From: Chiloscyllium plagiosum
Taxonomy: Eukaryota
Direction of reading: 5' to 3'
DNA: 33,503 nucleotides
Assembly: GCF_004010195.1 (NCBI RefSeq)
Contig: NC_057720.1
Coordinates: forward strand, 32,598,378-32,631,880
The position numbers and the translations under genes were made by a program. Position 1 is the stretch's first letter, and every line of letters starts with the position of its first letter. This document shows positions 24,430 through 33,503 of this stretch, piece after piece. The notes under the pieces are model-generated. The model was not told the origin of the DNA. It was given only the letters and a program-made list of their open reading frames with translations, and made no database searches.

Positions 24430-27400
24430 CTTCATTAACTGAGAGGAGCTGGGATGAATTATGAAAGCCTCCCATTGATCTTAGCTAATTTAACACAGAA
24501 AGTGGACCAACATCTTGGTGTAAATAACTCACTAACCAGTCCATTTATCAGTTCAGCCATCAGGGCAGCTTTAACTTTTCTTCTGCTTTATAAATGTCAG
24601 GCATCTTGGTGTTAACCAGCAGGCAATGAATGATTCTATTAATTGCAGTACAGCTTTCATTGATCATTGCAATTGAGGTTTTGTTTAATTTTGTGCACCT
24701 TTCCATTTAGTTGTACTGTTTATATGAGTTTATTAGTGATGTCCTGCTCAAGAAGAATAACACTTTTCATATTTCTGTATTGCCAATATTGCTTTTGCAG
24801 TGCCACCCTTCCTAGCCCAATAAAAATAATTATGCCTGTGAGAAATTGCAAACTTGGACCCATGACCCACCATACCTTGTGAATAGTTATTTGGGCTTTC
24901 AGCTCAAACAACCTGACCAGTTTTGCTCCAACCATATAATACGTACATATACACGATATAACAGTTTAAGGGTCCTTTCTTTTCTAGAATTCTGCTTTCA
25001 TTCTTAGTAGTTGTTAGTGTTTGATCTTCCATTTTCTTATAGGGTTTGTCAGACATTGTTTAAGGTACTAACAATTTGTCTAATTTGTAGTCCTGCTTAT
25101 AAACTACAGCCAAAGCCACACTGAAACCTATTGTTTTTGACATTCTTGAGTCCTGTCTCCAAATTTAACTAATCTGAATTTTCCCTTCTGTATGAATATA
25201 TCTCGAAAGACACCTAAATGAAACAAACAATGATTTGAAGTGTAGGCATTTTGGTAATCAACCTGCAATCTTCAAAACTATTATTAATTTCTTTATAGAA
25301 TAACAAAAATCATAATTGCTTGAATACTATTGGTTATGATAATAGTGGTGATTTAAGCCGATTTATCTGTGGCCCACTTTGAAAATGCATTAAATCTAAT
25401 TCTTTAAAACTGAATGATAAAGAGACTGAAGATTAGTTTCAAAAATTGGGTTATTTCACTGTTCCAATCATTCATTATTGCGTTAATGCAATTTAAATGT
25501 TGCCTGTGCATCTTCTCACAGCCATTGTGTTCTCATTGAATACGCAGCTCATTTAAGCACCAAATACTCAGTTTTCTAACCAGACTAAAGAGATTGGAGC
25601 CTCATAGCCAGTAAAAATGAATGAATGAATGAAAGTATTTTAATAGTTTTTTTTGCCAGGGGTGTTATATTTATATTTTTGTACAATTTTGAAAAAAAAA
25701 GGTGTTTGTCACAGAGGTACTTACCAACAAGGCTCTGGATCTTATGCTGAGCCACATGGTTTGAAATCGTTAGGATGTCCCATTAAACTACATTAACACA
25801 CATGACATGCCATTTATACAATGCCATATACTTGAACCCACTAATCCCAACTCTTGACATAACACAGGAGAAGCTGGTAGGGTTTGTAGGTGTGTATCTA
25901 ACTGTTGCCAATGTAGCAAATGCAAATTTTGTTAGAACAATTTAATTATTGAAATAGAATGGTTGCTTGCTTGAAATTTCAACATTAAGTATCAATTTTC
26001 TGAACTTATCTAGATTGATTTACTTTCTAACTTTATTTTACTTTTTTTCCCCTGCTTTTGAGGCCAGACATTTGGTGCACAGTCTAGTGTGGGTGGCTGT
26101 CCATAAATATGGCAAATGCCACTAGCAGGTGAAGCCCATCACTTACAAGAGTCCCTTACAATCTTCACTTTATCTGTTAGTTCCCATCTTTTGTCCCGTC
26201 TGTTCTTTGAAGTTAATCATTAAAACAATATCTGCTGGTTTTCAAATTCCAAAAGAAAATTGAATTGATCCTCTCCAATAAGGTCATTTTTTTAAAAAAT
26301 TATTTTGAGATAGAAAATGAGAATACAAAATGGAGAATATAACTGGGCATTGTGATACAGTCCAATTTGTTAATGATTTTAAGTAATATTTTATAAAGTC
26401 AGCACATTGTGTTTAATTAATACATGTTTCCTGTGATCTCCCTCTTGTGGTTTTCAAACTTTTCTTTACACAGGATCCTCCAGAAATACAACTCTTAGAT
26501 GCCACCTATACTCAATTCTGAAAAGTCTTCACTACCCAGATAAACCTAAGTGTTGCAGTTCTTTAATATGCAAGAACAGAAATGGCATACTGGTAGGCCA
26601 TGAACACTGAAGTCTAATGATCTTACATTACCGTCATTAACCCCTAGATCTCCTGGACCCCAGTTTGAAAAACCTAAGTTTCTAGTCATCTTATACTATC
26701 TCTATAGAAAGCTACCCAGGGATCAATTGGTTACAGAACCTGGAATCCCAAGTGATCAGCATTCACAGTATCACTGCAGGAGTAGTTTCCACTCTATGTG
26801 AAGAAAGTTTTTGAATGAGAATTTATGCGATGTTAAAGTACAGAAGTGACGGAGCATTGAGAAACCATGTTAAATGTAGATAAACATGGCCATTTTGCCA
26901 CAGAAATGAAATACCGAAAGTGACCATTGCATCAGCTTTTACTAGCTCCAAATTTTGCATCTTTCAAACCAGTCACAGGCACAGTTGACGATCCAGAGTT
27001 TTAAGGGTTCATCTCTGCGATTTGTCTAATCACTGCCAGTTCAACAAATGCAGGGAACTTTGTTTATTCTAGAACTTTTGTAAATGTATTTGAAGCAAAA
27101 CGGGGCTGCTTCAACTTAAAAAAAATGTAAGTGTACAAATGCTGTATCTGTCTAACATGTGAGGGGAGAAAAGAGAAAAACATGTTTTTTATTGTAGATT
27201 CCAGTAGAAAATATGTCTTGTCTCTTTCTGTAAGGTAAAAATCTTGTAAATTGTAGTTACTGTAGCAGGAAAGAAAATATACCCTCCACATGAAAAAAAA
27301 TCTAATCTGCTCATGTGGGCTATTTTTGGTTGATGGGTATATGTAATCACAGTTAAAATATTGTATGCCATATAAGTTATTTATATAAAATTTTTATTTT

Positions 27401-27726
27401 TGTAGTTGTACAGAAGTAGCCCTCTGACTGAAGTATATTTTTAAAGAGTAAATATATATTATTATATTATATATTGTTAATTGGGTTCATTACTAAGGTT
27501 TGGCGGCACACCTTCTCGTATACACTTCTGCAGAATGAAGGATGTGTACTGAACTGTTACTGTCTGAGTTGTCATCTTGTTTTGTTATGGCTCCTTGCAT
27601 CCTATTCATTCCTGTTAATTGAGTTGATCATTTGGACATCCAGACATTGTGACCAATAAGCCTGCTCCTTGTGACTGTTATACTGCCATGTTTAGTCTCC
27701 CAGCACAATAGGAGATTAACTAACAC

Positions 27727-27738
27727 AATAAAAATAAA
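27727..27738 (+). terminator. Tandem polyadenylation signals AATAAA-AATAAA (candidate distal poly(A) site)
   Basis: Two adjacent hexamers (27727-27732, 27733-27738) follow about 700 bp of AU- and UGUA-rich, apparently repeat-free sequence. A GT-rich tract (ggttgtcctgtgtacttt) lies about 20-40 nt downstream, and repeat-dense DNA resumes shortly after. Confidence 0.55.
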
Positions 27739-28135
27739 TATGAACCATTTAATCTAATGGTTGTCCTGTGTACTTTATCGCATTTTCAGCAGCTAAACAG
27801 TTCTTAAATTTTGAAGCATACTCTATTATTTTATCTATCAGCTGGCATTTTCCTCAAAACATCATTTTAAATTTTCTCAATCAAGAAAAATAATTATTGT
27901 TATATCTGTGGGTACTTTTTTCAGTAAGAAGAGGTGAGTGTCACTGGCAAGGCCAGTGTTTATTGCCTATCCTTAATTGTCATTGAACTAAGTACCTTGC
28001 TGAACCATTTCAGAAAGGCATTTTACACTCAACTACATTGCTGTCAGTCAGAAGTCACAGGTAGACTGGACTGGGATAGCAGATTTCCTCTCCAGAATTA
28101 GATCTTTAATGTACCAGTTTCATTTTACAACAATC

Positions 28136-28980
28136 ACCATGATGGTGTATTGGACAGCAAAGAAGGTTATCTCAGAGTACAATAGGATCTTGATCAGATG
28201 GGCCAATATATAAATGTGAGTTGCTGCATTTCGGAAAAGCAAATTAGAGCAGAACTTATACACTTAATGGTAAGGTCCTGGGGAGTGTTGCTGAAAAGAG
28301 TCCTTGGAGTGCAAGTTCATCATTCCTTGAAAGTAGAGTCGCAGGTAAATAAGATAGTGAAGAAGGTGTTTAGTATGCTGTCCTTTATTGGTCGGAGTTG
28401 GTAGGTCATGTTGTAGCTGTATAGGACATTGGTTAGGCCACTTTTGAAATGTTGCGTGCAATTCTGGTCTCCTTTCGGAAGAATGTAGTGAAGGGTTCAG
28501 AAAAGATTTACACGGATGTTGCTAGGGTTGGAGGATTTGAGCTATAGGTGAGGCTGAATAATCTGGGGCTGTTTTCCCTGGAGTATCGAGGCTGAGGGGT
28601 GACCTTATAGACGCTTATAAAATCATGAGGAGCACGGATAGGGTAAATAGACAAAGTATTTTCCCTGGAGTGGGGGAGTCCAGAACCAGAGGGCATAGGT
28701 TTTGGGTGAGTGGGAAAAAAAATTACAAGGAACCTAAGGGGCAATTTTTTCACACAGAGGGTGGTGAATGTATGGAGTGAGCTGCCAGAGGAAGTGGTGG
28801 AGGCTGGTACAATGACAACATTTAAAAGTCATCTGGATGTGTATATGAATAGGAAGGGTTTAGAGGGATATGGTCCAAGTGCTTGAAAATAAGATGAGTA
28901 TAGGTTAGGATATCTGGTCAGCATGGACGAGTTGGACCGAAGGGTCTGTTTCCTTGCTGTACATCTCTATGATTCTATGA
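28136..28980 (+). mobile_element. HER1/CR1 LINE, 5'-truncated, frameshifted
   Basis: Clearly alignable with 14325-15088 (cacttaatggtaaggtcct...ggacattggttaggcca...gaggggtgaccttatag...ggaccgaagggtctgtttcc) with several deletions; ends in ctctatgattctatga. Confidence 0.95.
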
Positions 28981-29008
28981 CAATTGGTTGCCAGGGTCAC
29001 CATTTCTG

Positions 29009-29100
29009 AAACAAAAATTGCTGGGGATCTGGCAGCATCTGTGGACAGAATGTTTCAAGCCCAGTATCCCTGCTTCAGAACCAATCCTTCTTCAGTTCTT
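29009..29100 (-). mobile_element. Penelope-like terminal fragment with a decayed hammerhead core
   Basis: aaacaaaaattgctgg...tctggcagcatctgtggacaga...tgtttcaagcccagtatccctgcttcag is the reverse-oriented counterpart of 9270-9382; the minus strand reads CTGAAGCAggg...cttGAAAC. Confidence 0.55.
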
Positions 29101-29944
29101 TGTATTATTTCGCTATTACTGAGACTGCTAATTTAAATTCCACCAACTGTCATGAAGCTGCCATTAGCCTGAGTCTCTGGATTACTAAACCAGTAACATT
29201 ACCTCTATGTCACCATCACCCCAACATAGGTATAGCTACTGACTGAGGGGAAATCTGTACAGCTGCACTTTTGTGTTATTCTCCCAACCTTTGAGAAAGA
29301 TCTTCACAAAAATTTGGTGCTACTGAATCTCAGAAAATAAAAAAAAGATACTTAGCAACATTACTTCCAGATAATAAAGTATATGCATGTCAGGCCACTA
29401 ATACAGTCACATAACCATTACATGTATTTCATTCTAAATTGATCCTGTCAGTCAAATATATGAAACAGTGAATGATATGAATTGGTTATGGTAAAAGCCA
29501 AAGTGTAATTGAGGATCAGAATCTATCCAGAAAGCAAATATAATTCATGAGCTGTAAATCTCTTGCTCATGCAATAAAATGTAGGCATTCATATTTGCGT
29601 TACAAGTTCACAATTGGTGACTTTTTTTTCAAACTCCATTTGTGAGATTGGGTCATGCCTCTGGAGAATACATCCACCATCTGCTTTTCAAATCAAACCA
29701 GATGCTGCACAGTTTGTGAGATTCTGCATAGATGCTCTTTCTGATGGGTTTTTACATGGAAACCTGGGACAAGTTGCTTTATAATAGTGGAAGTATACAG
29801 CATGAGTGAGTATCTGTCCTGTCCATGTGACTATACACTTTAGAGGTATTGACAGAATTGTGACCATTTGCTTTGAAGTCATCTATCAAATGCAATTTGT
29901 AGCAATTAAAAATAACTAGGTTAACATTTATAAAGCATGTTTCA

Positions 29945-30095
29945 CGTTCCCACCTATTCACCATTACCCATTCCCCCCTCCATTCTCCCATAACCCCCAT
30001 TCTCCCCCTCTCCATTCACCACATATTCCATTATCATTCCCCCACAACCCAATTTCCCATTACCATCTCCCCTTTCTTCACGCTACCCTCCTCTC
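29945..30095. repeat. C-rich low-complexity tract with degenerate CCATT/CCCC units
   Basis: ccattacccattcccccctccattctcccataacccccattctccccctctccattcacc... is almost devoid of G on the + strand. Confidence 0.7.
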
Positions 30096-30535
30096 ATTGA
30101 TCTCATGGAGCAGTTGATGGAAGACAAGCAGAATGAACACCTAGTTTTCAATCAGCAGGAATCGGGCATCAGCAAGTAGTCAATTAGGCCACAGCTTCCA
30201 GTATAAAAATATGCAAACTTTTTAAAAGGCACACTGTTGTTAGCAATCAAGCTGGGCTCCATGGCAGCCATGCCTACTTCGGAACTCACAACCCCAAAAT
30301 CTTGACTCCACTAGAGGCCAAGAGCTACATTTTGGGAAGTACTGCTTTATGTCCACGTGAGAGCGTAGGTTGGGCCCTAGCTGATAGCTCACCTGAAAGA
30401 CATGTCACCGACAGTACAACATTTCATCAGTGTCTATGTTTCTAAGTGCTCCCCTTTGATCTCAGATGAATCTACTCATTTCCAATGCTGAAATAATTAA
30501 GCCAAACTGCAACAAGAGCTGTCCACACATTCAAT

Positions 30536-30741
30536 TAGGAAAAAGTGAGGACTGCAGATGCTGGAGATCAGAGCTAAAAATGTGTTGCTGGAAAAGCGCA
30601 GCAGGTCAGGCAGCATCCAAGGAGCAGGAGAATCGACGTTTCGGGCATAAGCCCTTCTTCAGGCTTATGCCCGAAACGTCGATTCTCCTGCTCCTTGGAT
30701 GCTGCCTGACCTGCTGCGCTTTTCCAGCAACACATTTTTCA
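30536..30741. mobile_element. Penelope-derived inverted-repeat (fold-back) element
   Basis: Perfect 78-bp inverted repeat (30576-30653 / 30662-30739) with an 8-nt loop. The arm sequence matches the Penelope-like terminus at 33358-33450, and the element is flanked by a 13/15 direct repeat. Confidence 0.85.
30631..30666 (-). ncRNA. Minimal type I hammerhead ribozyme-like motif (Penelope-type)
   Basis: The minus strand reads aagc-CTGAAGA-A-GGGC(TTAT)GCCC-GAAAC-GTC-gatt: CUGAnGA box, 4-bp stem II, GAAA box, palindromic ACGT stem III and GUC triplet. Stem I is weak (3 of 4 pairs). Confidence 0.5.
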
Positions 30742-31645
30742 GTCCATACATTTAATGCCAATCATTCTGTTAAAGGCATCATCGTACTCCAATTCGTTGC
30801 TAAATAATTCTTATGGAAAATCAGACACAACTGATAATTGGACAATCTGCTTATTCTGTAATGCACTGCTGCCCAATAAATGGTTATTGAAAAGGTGTAC
30901 AATAGGGCGTATGAAATAACAGTATGTAGATAAAATTAATGCAAGCTATCAAATCCTGCAGTTCCACTGAATTTCAGAAACTGTTTAAGCTTCAATATAA
31001 TGGTTTATAGCTTCATTGAAAATGCTTGATTGGATTATTGGCTTGTAGCTCACTCCCAGGCATCTATTATCCTTTGACCTTTTCACACATACCCTTTACA
31101 TACCATCCAATTGTCCAGAACTGCTCCGCAGCTGCAATGGGTAATTACTTGGAAGTATTCTATTAGTTTTAGAATGAGTACTACAAGATTAGTTGTCATT
31201 CCTGGCATACCCTCCACAGCTGACATTCAGTCTGCGTACATGTTGTCCCCAAACATCAATGTTTCCTTAAAGTATGCGCAAAATATATTTAAACCAAAAT
31301 AATCTGAATAAAATGAAGCTAGTTACACTTGTGAATAGCTCTTTATGGCCTTTAACGGTAGCAGGGAGGGTTTTGGTGCTCCCTATGTGAATGTGTTCCC
31401 ACATGCATCCCATGTTCATTTAGATATTTCTCACGCAACAACTTATATTTCTATTTTAATGTTTAAAAATATCTCTCCGCATTTTATGGAGGCAGTTGAT
31501 AATGAACCACATAAGATGCTACCAAGGCAGATGACCAAAAGCTTGATTAAGGAAATAATTTTTAAGGAGTGAGTCAAAGGAGAAAAGAGAGGTAAAGAGG
31601 TTTAGGATAGTTAAGCTTGTGGGGCCTATGCAACTGAAGCCCCAA

Positions 31646-31934
31646 CAGAATCCTAGAATCCCATATGCCCATCAAGTCTGCACAGAGCCTCTGAAGAACA
31701 TCCCGCCCATACTCCATAATTACCATGTCTAATGCACCTAACCTGCACGCTACTCAGCAATTATTTAGCATGGCCAATCCGCCTAACCTGCACATCTTTG
31801 GACTGTGGAGGAAACCAGAGTACCTGGCAGAAACCCAAGCAGACACAAGTAGAACAAAGAAACTTCACACAATCACCCATTGCTAGAATCGAACCCAGAT
31901 TCTGCGAGGAAGTGGCACTAACCACTGTGCCACC
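31646..31934 (-). mobile_element. HE1-family (V-SINE) element, older and more diverged
   Basis: atttagcatggccaatccgcctaacctgcacatctttggactgtggaggaaacc...ctaaccactgtgccacc is the reverse complement of the HE1 head and V-domain. Confidence 0.85.
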
Positions 31935-31978
31935 CAATCGTGGGGACAATTAAAATTGTGGATATTTATGAGGCCAGT

Positions 31979-32304
31979 GGGCGGCACGGTGGCACAGTGG
32001 TTAGCACTGCTGCCTCACAGCACCAGAGACCCGGGTTCAATTCCCGCCTCGGGCGACTAACTGTATGGAGTTTGCACATTCTCGCCATGTCTGCGTTGGT
32101 TTCCTCCGGCTACTCCGGTTTCCTCCCACAGTCCAAAAAATGTGCAGGTTAGGTGAATTGGCCATGCTAAATTGCCTGTGGTGTCAGGTGAAGGGGTAAA
32201 TGTAGGGGAATGGGTCTGGGTGGGTTGCGCTTCGGCGGGTCGGTGTGGACTTGTTGGGCTGAAGGGCCTGTTTCCACATTGTAAGTAATCTAATCTAATC
32301 TAAT
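31979..32304 (+). mobile_element. Full-length HE1 (V-SINE) with intact Pol III boxes
   Basis: GGGCGGCACGG start, A-box TGGCACAGTGG (31990-32000), B-box GGTTCAATTCC (32034-32044), V-domain, CR1-like tail and (TAATC)n terminus. Confidence 0.92.
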
Positions 32305-33133
32305 TAGAGGAGAACATACCTCAGAGAGTTGTGAGTCTGGAGGAGATTTCACAGATAGGGAGATATGTGGCCATGGAGGAATTTGAAAATAAGAATTAGA
32401 ATTTTGAATTTGAGGTCTTGCTTACCCAGGTGTAGGTCCATGAATACTGGGGTGATGGATGAACACAGAATGATGCAACAAGGACAAGGGCAGCATAATT
32501 TTAGATGGCCTTGTGTTTACAAACGTTGGAATGTGGTAAACTAACCTGGAGTATGTTGGAATAGTCAAGTCTAGAGAAAACATAGGCACACTAAGGAGTT
32601 GAGTGAAGAGTGGAGTTACAGAAATGGAAATAGGTGATTTTAAGTGATGGCATAGATATGTGACCGGAAACTAATTTCAGAGTTAATTATGACACAGAGT
32701 TTGCAAATAGTCTGGTTCTGTTTTCAGACGGTTGCTTGGAAAAGAAATGGAATCAGTAGCTAGAGATGGAAACTGAATACCTTTGGTCTTCCCATATTTA
32801 ATTGGTTGGGGTCTTTGCTTTTCCAGTACTGAAATGTCAAATAAACAGGAAAGGCATTGAAGAGGTTGTGGTGAGGTGTCATCAATGTTCTTGTGAAAAC
32901 TAATAATGTGATTTCGGACAATGTCACTAAATCACAGAGGGACAAACACTGTGTGTGTTTATGTGTGCATACGTGTGCGCAGTTGTAGGGTGTGGGGAGA
33001 GTCACCAAAGGTAGCAGTAGTATGAATTTGTTAAGGACAAATCATGTTTAGCTGACTTCCTGGTGTTTTTTTTTTGATGAAATGAATGGTTTGTGTTGCC
33101 TGAGGATGTGGCTCAGTATTCTATTCTGCATGT

Positions 33134-33401
33134 TGGAAAGATGGCTATCCTTTTCTCTACTGGTAGTTTGTGCCTGTAATGGTTTCCACATACCAAATAG
33201 TGAGTGCTGTCTTACTCTATCATAGCTGAAAATATGTTGCTGGAAAAGCGCAGCAGGTCAGGCAGCATGGAAAGATGGCTATCCTTTTCTCTACTGGTAG
33301 TTTGTGCCTGTAATGGTTTCCACATACCAAATAGTGAGTGCTGTCTTACTCTATCATAGCTGAAAATATGTTGCTGGAAAAGCGCAGCAGGTCAGGCAGC
33401 A
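33134..33401 (+). repeat. Perfect 134-bp direct tandem duplication (2 copies)
   Basis: 33134-33267 is identical to 33268-33401 by base-by-base reading. Confidence 0.92.
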
Positions 33402-33503
33402 CCCAGGGAACAGGAGAATCGACGTTTCGGGCATAAGCCCTTCTTCAGGAATGAGGAAAGTTTGTCCAGCAGGCTAAGATAAAAGGTATGGAGGAGGGAT
33501 TTG
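33358..33503 (-). mobile_element. Penelope-like retroelement terminus, running off the window
   Basis: Same terminal sequence as the 30576 arm, with a few substitutions, continuing into purine-rich ggaatgaggaaag...ggaggaggg sequence; carries a hammerhead core on the minus strand. Confidence 0.75.
33417..33452 (-). ncRNA. Minimal type I hammerhead ribozyme motif in its native Penelope context
   Basis: The minus strand reads attc-CTGAAGA-A-GGGC(TTAT)GCCC-GAAAC-GTC-gatt, with predicted cleavage after GUC (between + positions 33421 and 33420). Such minimal hammerheads are an established feature of Penelope-like elements. Confidence 0.6.

Larger units (their letters stand above)
22596..27755 (+). 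other. Putative non-coding terminal exon / long 3'UTR of the Patched gene; boundaries inferred
   Basis: Candidate acceptor tcaccttatctgcAG ends at 22595 and is followed by AU-rich UTR-like sequence, TGTACATA (Pumilio-type, 22687-22694), three GTACTGTA sites, AATAAA at 24819 and tandem AATAAA at 27727. Alternative acceptors lie at 21525 and 23288. Confidence 0.4.
27925..29222 (-). mobile_element. tRNA-derived SINE (same family as 9000-9772), split by a CR1 and a Penelope fragment
   Basis: Segments 27925-28135, 28981-29005 and about 29113-29222 concatenate into one element colinear with the 9000-9772 copy; the head on the minus strand is ggtgatggtgacatagaggtaatgttactggtttagtaatccagagactcaggctaatg. 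Confidence 0.65.
31437..33020 (-). mobile_element. L2-type LINE 3' portion interrupted by two HE1 SINEs
   Basis: The 3' end aacaacttatatt...gaccaaaagcttg...ttttaaggag at 31437-31645 continues at 31935-31978 and from 32305. ttggaatagtcaagtctagag (about 32557-32577) encodes SRLDYS(N) on the minus strand and aligns with 15668-15690. Confidence 0.7.

Noticed and set aside
21860..24570. Possible ancient tRNA-SINE remnants (about 21870-22035, 23680-24010, 24440-24570), and similarly decayed repeat-like stretches near 480-760, 5530-5620, 10220-10640 and 12900-13500
   Set aside because: They are too degenerate to assign a family or boundaries by eye; a profile search with a species repeat library is needed.
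30466..30807. 113-aa ORF across the palindrome, or the hairpin as a pre-miRNA or DNA-transposon MITE
   Set aside because: The ORF is a by-product of the repeat. The arms match a Penelope-like terminus present elsewhere in the window, not a known miRNA or transposase TIR that I recognise.
31979..32050. tRNA-like sequence with A and B boxes
   Set aside because: It is the tRNA-derived head of an HE1 SINE, continuing into the V-domain and LINE-like tail, not a tRNA gene.
514..33008. The many 60-135 aa ORFs in the six-frame track other than the Patched exons
   Set aside because: They show no recognisable protein similarity except where they overlap LINE remnants. Many start at TTG or GTG, lie antisense to exons or fall in SINEs, as expected by chance in vertebrate introns.
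33134..33401. Direct repeats as a CRISPR-like array or LTR pair
   Set aside because: There are two abutting identical units with no spacers or internal region, in a eukaryotic context.

Overview
Eukaryotic, AT-rich, intron- and retroelement-rich genomic DNA. The repeat families (HE1/V-SINE, HER1/CR1 LINE, Deu-domain SINE, Penelope-like termini) point to an elasmobranch, probably a shark; this is an inference. The + strand carries the last six coding exons of a Patched gene: 1822-2102, 8298-8435, 9853-9995, 16832-16931, 19317-19592 and 20670-21221 (stop TAG). All have canonical AG/GT sites and splice in frame into about 495 C-terminal residues. Diagnostic residues favour PTCH2, but the protein keeps a long PTCH1-like cytoplasmic tail. 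A splice donor follows the stop codon directly, predicting a non-coding last exon (best guess about 22596-27750) with clustered miR-101-type sites and tandem AATAAA signals. The rest is intron or intergenic DNA with heavily nested SINE, LINE and Penelope insertions. The most unusual elements are a perfect 78-bp-arm Penelope-derived hairpin centred on a minimal hammerhead-ribozyme core with a candidate target-site duplication, a second hammerhead core at the window end, a perfect 134-bp tandem duplication, and a templated inverted insertion inside an old CR1. I found no evidence for a wholly new multi-gene system. Most track ORFs are spurious or repeat-derived, and repeat family names come from recalled consensus sequences, not a database search.
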